This document shows positions 60,189 through 64,000 of a DNA stretch of 64,000 nucleotides, piece after piece. The stretch is from positions 142,233 through 206,232 of the forward strand of contig NIVC01002081.1 of assembly GCA_002269645.1 (NCBI GenBank), in the 5' to 3' direction. Each line of letters begins with the position of its first letter. The first letter of the stretch is position 1. This DNA comes from Macrostomum lignano. Lineage: Eukaryota. Made by a program: the position numbers and the translations under genes. The notes under the pieces were generated by a model that was given only the letters and a program-made list of their open reading frames with translations, did not search any database and was not told the origin of the DNA.

Positions 60189-61975
60189 GTCAAAAGGCTT
60201 CACTTTCCTCATTGTTTTCGCTTTCTACGATCTGTAGGTTAATGGGCAATCCTAAACTTGATTGACAAAATGGTATTCTTTGGTACCACCAGGGAGGGAT
60301 GCACAGAGAGGGATTCATTTTTCGAACGCTGAACATGTATCCAATTTTGAAGGCGACTTCTGTGGAATATGATCGCATAGAAACCTACATGTACTTACAT
60401 GTATGCCACCTCCTCCTTCACCCAACAGCTCCGCTGCCTACCGCGTCTCCCCAGCAGCTCCGCTGCTTGCCGCCTCTCCCCCAGCAGCTCCGCTGCCTAC
60501 CGCGGCTTCCCAGCAGCTCCGCTGCCTAACGCGGCTCCCCCAACAGCTCCGCTGCCTACCGCGGCTCCCCCAACATTTCCGCTGCCTACCGCCTCTCCCC
60601 AACAGCTCCGCTGCCTACCGCGGCTCCCCAACAGCTCCGCTGCTTGCCGCCTCTCCCCCAGCAGCTCCGCTGCCTACCGCGGCTCCCCAACATTTCCGCT
60701 GTCTACCGCCTCTCCCCAACAGCTCCGCTGCTTGCCGCCTAGCTCTTCCCCAACAGCTCCGCTGCCTACCGCGGCTCCCCCAGCAGCTCCGCTGCCTAAC
60801 GCGGCTCCCCCAACAGCTCCGCTGCCTACCGCCTCTCCCCCAACAGCTCCGCTGCCTACGCGGCTCCCCAACAGCTCCGCTGCCTACCGCGGCTCCCCCA
60901 ACAGCTCCGCTGCTTGCCGCCTAGCTCTTCCCAACAGCTCAGCCCCTATCCAGGATTTTAGGGAATTTACGACCAACTTGTCTGATCGGTTCCACGTTGT
61001 ACACCGACAAAATAATGGTTAAAGACAGCGTGCAAGCTTCAAGACAGGGACATGTAGTTATCAACAAATCATTCTCTAGGAAGTTTGATCGGCACAAATA
61101 TAATTGGCACCAGACATATTGCTTTTGACGATGTAAAAGAGACTTGCGCCAATTCAAATGGGACGGCATATGTTTCTCAAGCAACATCTGTGAAGCGAAG
61201 TCACAGGATTTATGAGTATTGCAAGACACAGCAGTGGCAGAAAGAAATATGAAGCTTAAGGTTGTGGAGTGAGTTGTTTTTTATTCAGGCTCGTATTTTG
61301 CGTTGGTTTAGCTTAAGCCTGTAGCAGAGAAAGTGGTCAAACTCGGGAAAGTGGAAGTTAAAAAATTACTTCGGTTGGCATTTATTGCATTCCATTATAT
61401 CAAGAATTTTTATTTAAATGTTACATCTAGACTAGATCCCTTCCCTTGGTTCTATAAGGGATCCAAAGATCAAATACTAAGTTTGCTGCTCATTCTGCTT
61501 TCCGTATACCTTGCTTGAGAAGCATATGGATCAGTAGGGAGTATGGCTAGTCTCGTTTAGATCTTCAACAGCAATACTACAGCATGACATTTTAGTGTAT
61601 TTCAAGAGATTCAAACGGCCATTAGCTACGCTAGTAGCATTCAACAGCAGATTGGTTTCGACGCCACGCAATGTAAAATTATTGGCGCAATGTTACGTCA
61701 GTACATGCGGAAGTATTTGTAATGCAGAACAGCGGCAGTAGCTAAATATTGACATCCGAAGTTGAATTTTGCGACAATATTACACGCAATAAATAGCATT
61801 GACACCAAACGGTAAAAAGTAAAACACAAGAAAAGCACACGGAATTAAAAGTAAATAGTTTGCGTGGTAGGTTTGGAATTAGATCAGTGAAACAGTAAGA
61901 AGCATAAACTTTTGAATCGTGAGTACGCGATATGCACCATCACAGTTCGCAGCTGGGCAAATTATTCTGTAGAGA

Positions 61976-62858
61976 CAACAACAAGGCAAACCGCCGGGGA
62001 CTCAACAGAGTACAGTTCACAACGGAGGTGGTGTCAGATCAGTTTTCTCGGTGCGAGCTCTCTGAAGGCGCAACAGAATTCCTAGCCGATCACCCCAGCG
62101 TCATCTAGCAAGCAATCCGCGTAGCGGCTCGCCCGGCCGTAGCCTCGGGGCCAGGGGCCCTGCATCGTGAGTAGCAGGACGTCCTGCACTGGTTGAGAAC
62201 AGTAAGCCTCCGCCGAATGGTGTGGCCCGCCAGTTGAAGTCTTTGCCTGCGGAGGGTCTCGCTAGGTCGTCGCAGCAGTCTGGCAGCGCGGCGTCCTACA
62301 GGACAACTCGGATAGAGCGGAAGGCAACCCAGGCCAGGCCCTGCGTCGCGCCAAGTCCTCCTGGACACTGGGCACAAGACTGCCGAGGTACGTGAAGCGC
62401 GTGCAGCGAGGTAGAGCCAATGCACGATCGTCGGGCGTCCCAGCAGGTGATTTTGATAGGCAGCTCCGCAGGTACACATCACCTGCCTCTTCTCGATGTT
62501 TACCGCTAGCCCGACCGATGCCGCAGCTGCCACCAGGCTGTCTAGCATGCGCTGGGCTCCCTCAGCCGTAGAGGCAAACAGCTCCAACAGCTCCTGGGTT
62601 ACGCCGACTCCAGATGGCGGCTGTTTGTTTGCAGCCACAGTAGGAAGCCGTCCTCATCTGTTGGCAGGGCCCTCCGTAGCACCCCATCGAGCACCAAAAC
62701 GAAAAGGTAGGCCGCAAGTGTGTCGCTCTGCAGCACCCTGAGGTCGTGTTGAACAGGTTGGACAGTACGTCAGGTGCCATTACGGCGGCGGTAGAGAGTT
62801 ATGGTTGCTGCGACCAGTCGCTACGGCACGTAGAATGACCACAAGACCGATGCGAGGA
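61976..62858 (-). pseudogene. Mirror copy of the older RTE fragment
   Basis: Same sequence and same TSDs (61963-61975, 62859-62871). Confidence 0.85.
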
Positions 62859-63444
62859 TATTCTGAAGAGAGGAAGGAGATAAATTCTTCTTCACTTCTT
62901 CTGAAAAGAATAGTTAAAGTTTAATTAGCAGAGCTACGAGGTGAGGCTGGAAAGAAGAAAAGGGTGGGGTCTGAAGGGAGAAGAGGCTGGGGTCTAAAGG
63001 GGAGAAGAGGGTTTGAAGGGGAGAGAGGGTGGGATCTTGAGAGGGTGAATCTGAAGGGGAGGAGAGGTGGAATCTGAAGGGGAGGAGAGGGTGGGTACTG
63101 AATGGAGGAGAGGGTCAGGTCTGAAAGGGAGAAAGGGCTGGGTCTGAAGGGGAGAAAAAGGAGCAAAGCAAAGAGGAATAGCAAGGAGAATGGGGGACAA
63201 GGAGAATGGAGAAGGGAAATAGCAACAAGGATAGAGGAGGAAGGGAATGAAAAGGATAGAGGAGGAGGGGAAGTTCAGCAGGGAATATAAAAGAAAAAAA
63301 CAGTAATAGAAGGAAGGTAAGAGAATAGCAAGGATGGGTAAGAGAGAAGAATATCAAGGCTAGGGAGAATAGCAAAGAGAAAAAGGGAGAGTGAAAGACC
63401 TTAAGCAAACTGACTTCAACTACTCAGAAGCTTCTAAAAGGAAT

Positions 63445-64000
63445 CTACCGACGACGACGGTTTTCTGCTGCAGCGACGCGTGGGTCGACGTCAACCGGAG
63501 AAGCGGCTCAGCGTGCTTGGCTACGCCGATGACCTCGCCCTGCTGTCCTCGACCGTCGAGGGCGCCCAACGGCAGCTGGACAGGCTGGTTGCCGTTGCGG
63601 CGAGTGTCGGCCTGGTGGTCAACACGCAGAAGACCGTTGTGCTCTGCGTGCCGGACGACATCGAGGCTGCAATATTTTGCCGAGGCGCTGACGGGCAGGC
63701 GACCGAACTCCCGCGATGTCAGCAGTTCGTCTACCTCGGCGGTCTGGTTCCAGACGCTCGCGAGGACCTGCGACGCCGCCGCGGCTTGCCTGGGCTGCCT
63801 TTCGTTCTGTGAGGGCAGTCCTGCAGTCCGAGCCCTACCGGACCGCCAGAGGGCGGCGCTGTTCCAGGCGGTAATCGAGACCGTCCTGCTGTACAACGCC
63901 GAGACCTGGACGCTGACGGACTCACTCGAACAGCAAGTCGAATGCGGCGCACGCTGGTCTGCTGCGCGCCGCTTCAACATCGGCGTCGAGCGAGTCACCA
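63445..64000 (+). mobile_element. Mirror copy of the young RTE fragment (frameshifted here, truncated by the window end)
   Basis: GYADDLALL...FVYLGG; same 5' junction and TSD (taaaaggaat, 63435-63444). Confidence 0.9.

Larger units (their letters stand above)
60421..64000. repeat. Right arm of the inverted duplication (runs off the window)
   Basis: Reverse complement of 53437-57135 with scattered 1-bp indels and a shorter minisatellite. Confidence 0.93.

Noticed and set aside
53437-64000. Simple missed-adapter read palindrome as the explanation of the inverted repeat
   Set aside because: A 3.3-kb non-symmetric spacer and different minisatellite lengths argue against a hairpin read. A haplotype mis-join is still possible and is noted in the finding.

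Overview
Eukaryotic (metazoan) genomic DNA with GT-AG introns. The (TCTG)n tracts, minisatellite-filled introns and TTAGGG repeat are compatible with a free-living flatworm such as Macrostomum; this is inference, not a database result. 6.1-41.3 kb holds one + strand gene of 25-27 exons (about 1,930-1,990 aa) with PDZ, RGS-like (RH), C1, DH and PH domains, i.e. an invertebrate RhoGEF2/ARHGEF11-12 family member. I assembled it by hand and exon phases are consistent end to end. Its DH domain lacks residues normally needed for exchange, and its last exon is open in two frames. About 40% of the gene span is intron-specific tandem repeat. Two islands (1-4.2 kb and 49.4-53.1 kb) are almost free of CpG and carry TAGGCCTA clusters. 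A short TTAGGG array lies at 49.1 kb. 53.4-64 kb is a large inverted duplication (arms at least 3.6 kb, each with two truncated RTE-type LINEs). Its 3.3 kb spacer holds Tc1 relics and eight TACATGTA octamers. Most long ORFs in the supplied track are repeat translations. No prokaryotic genes, rRNA, true tRNA or CRISPR arrays were found. All counts were made by eye.
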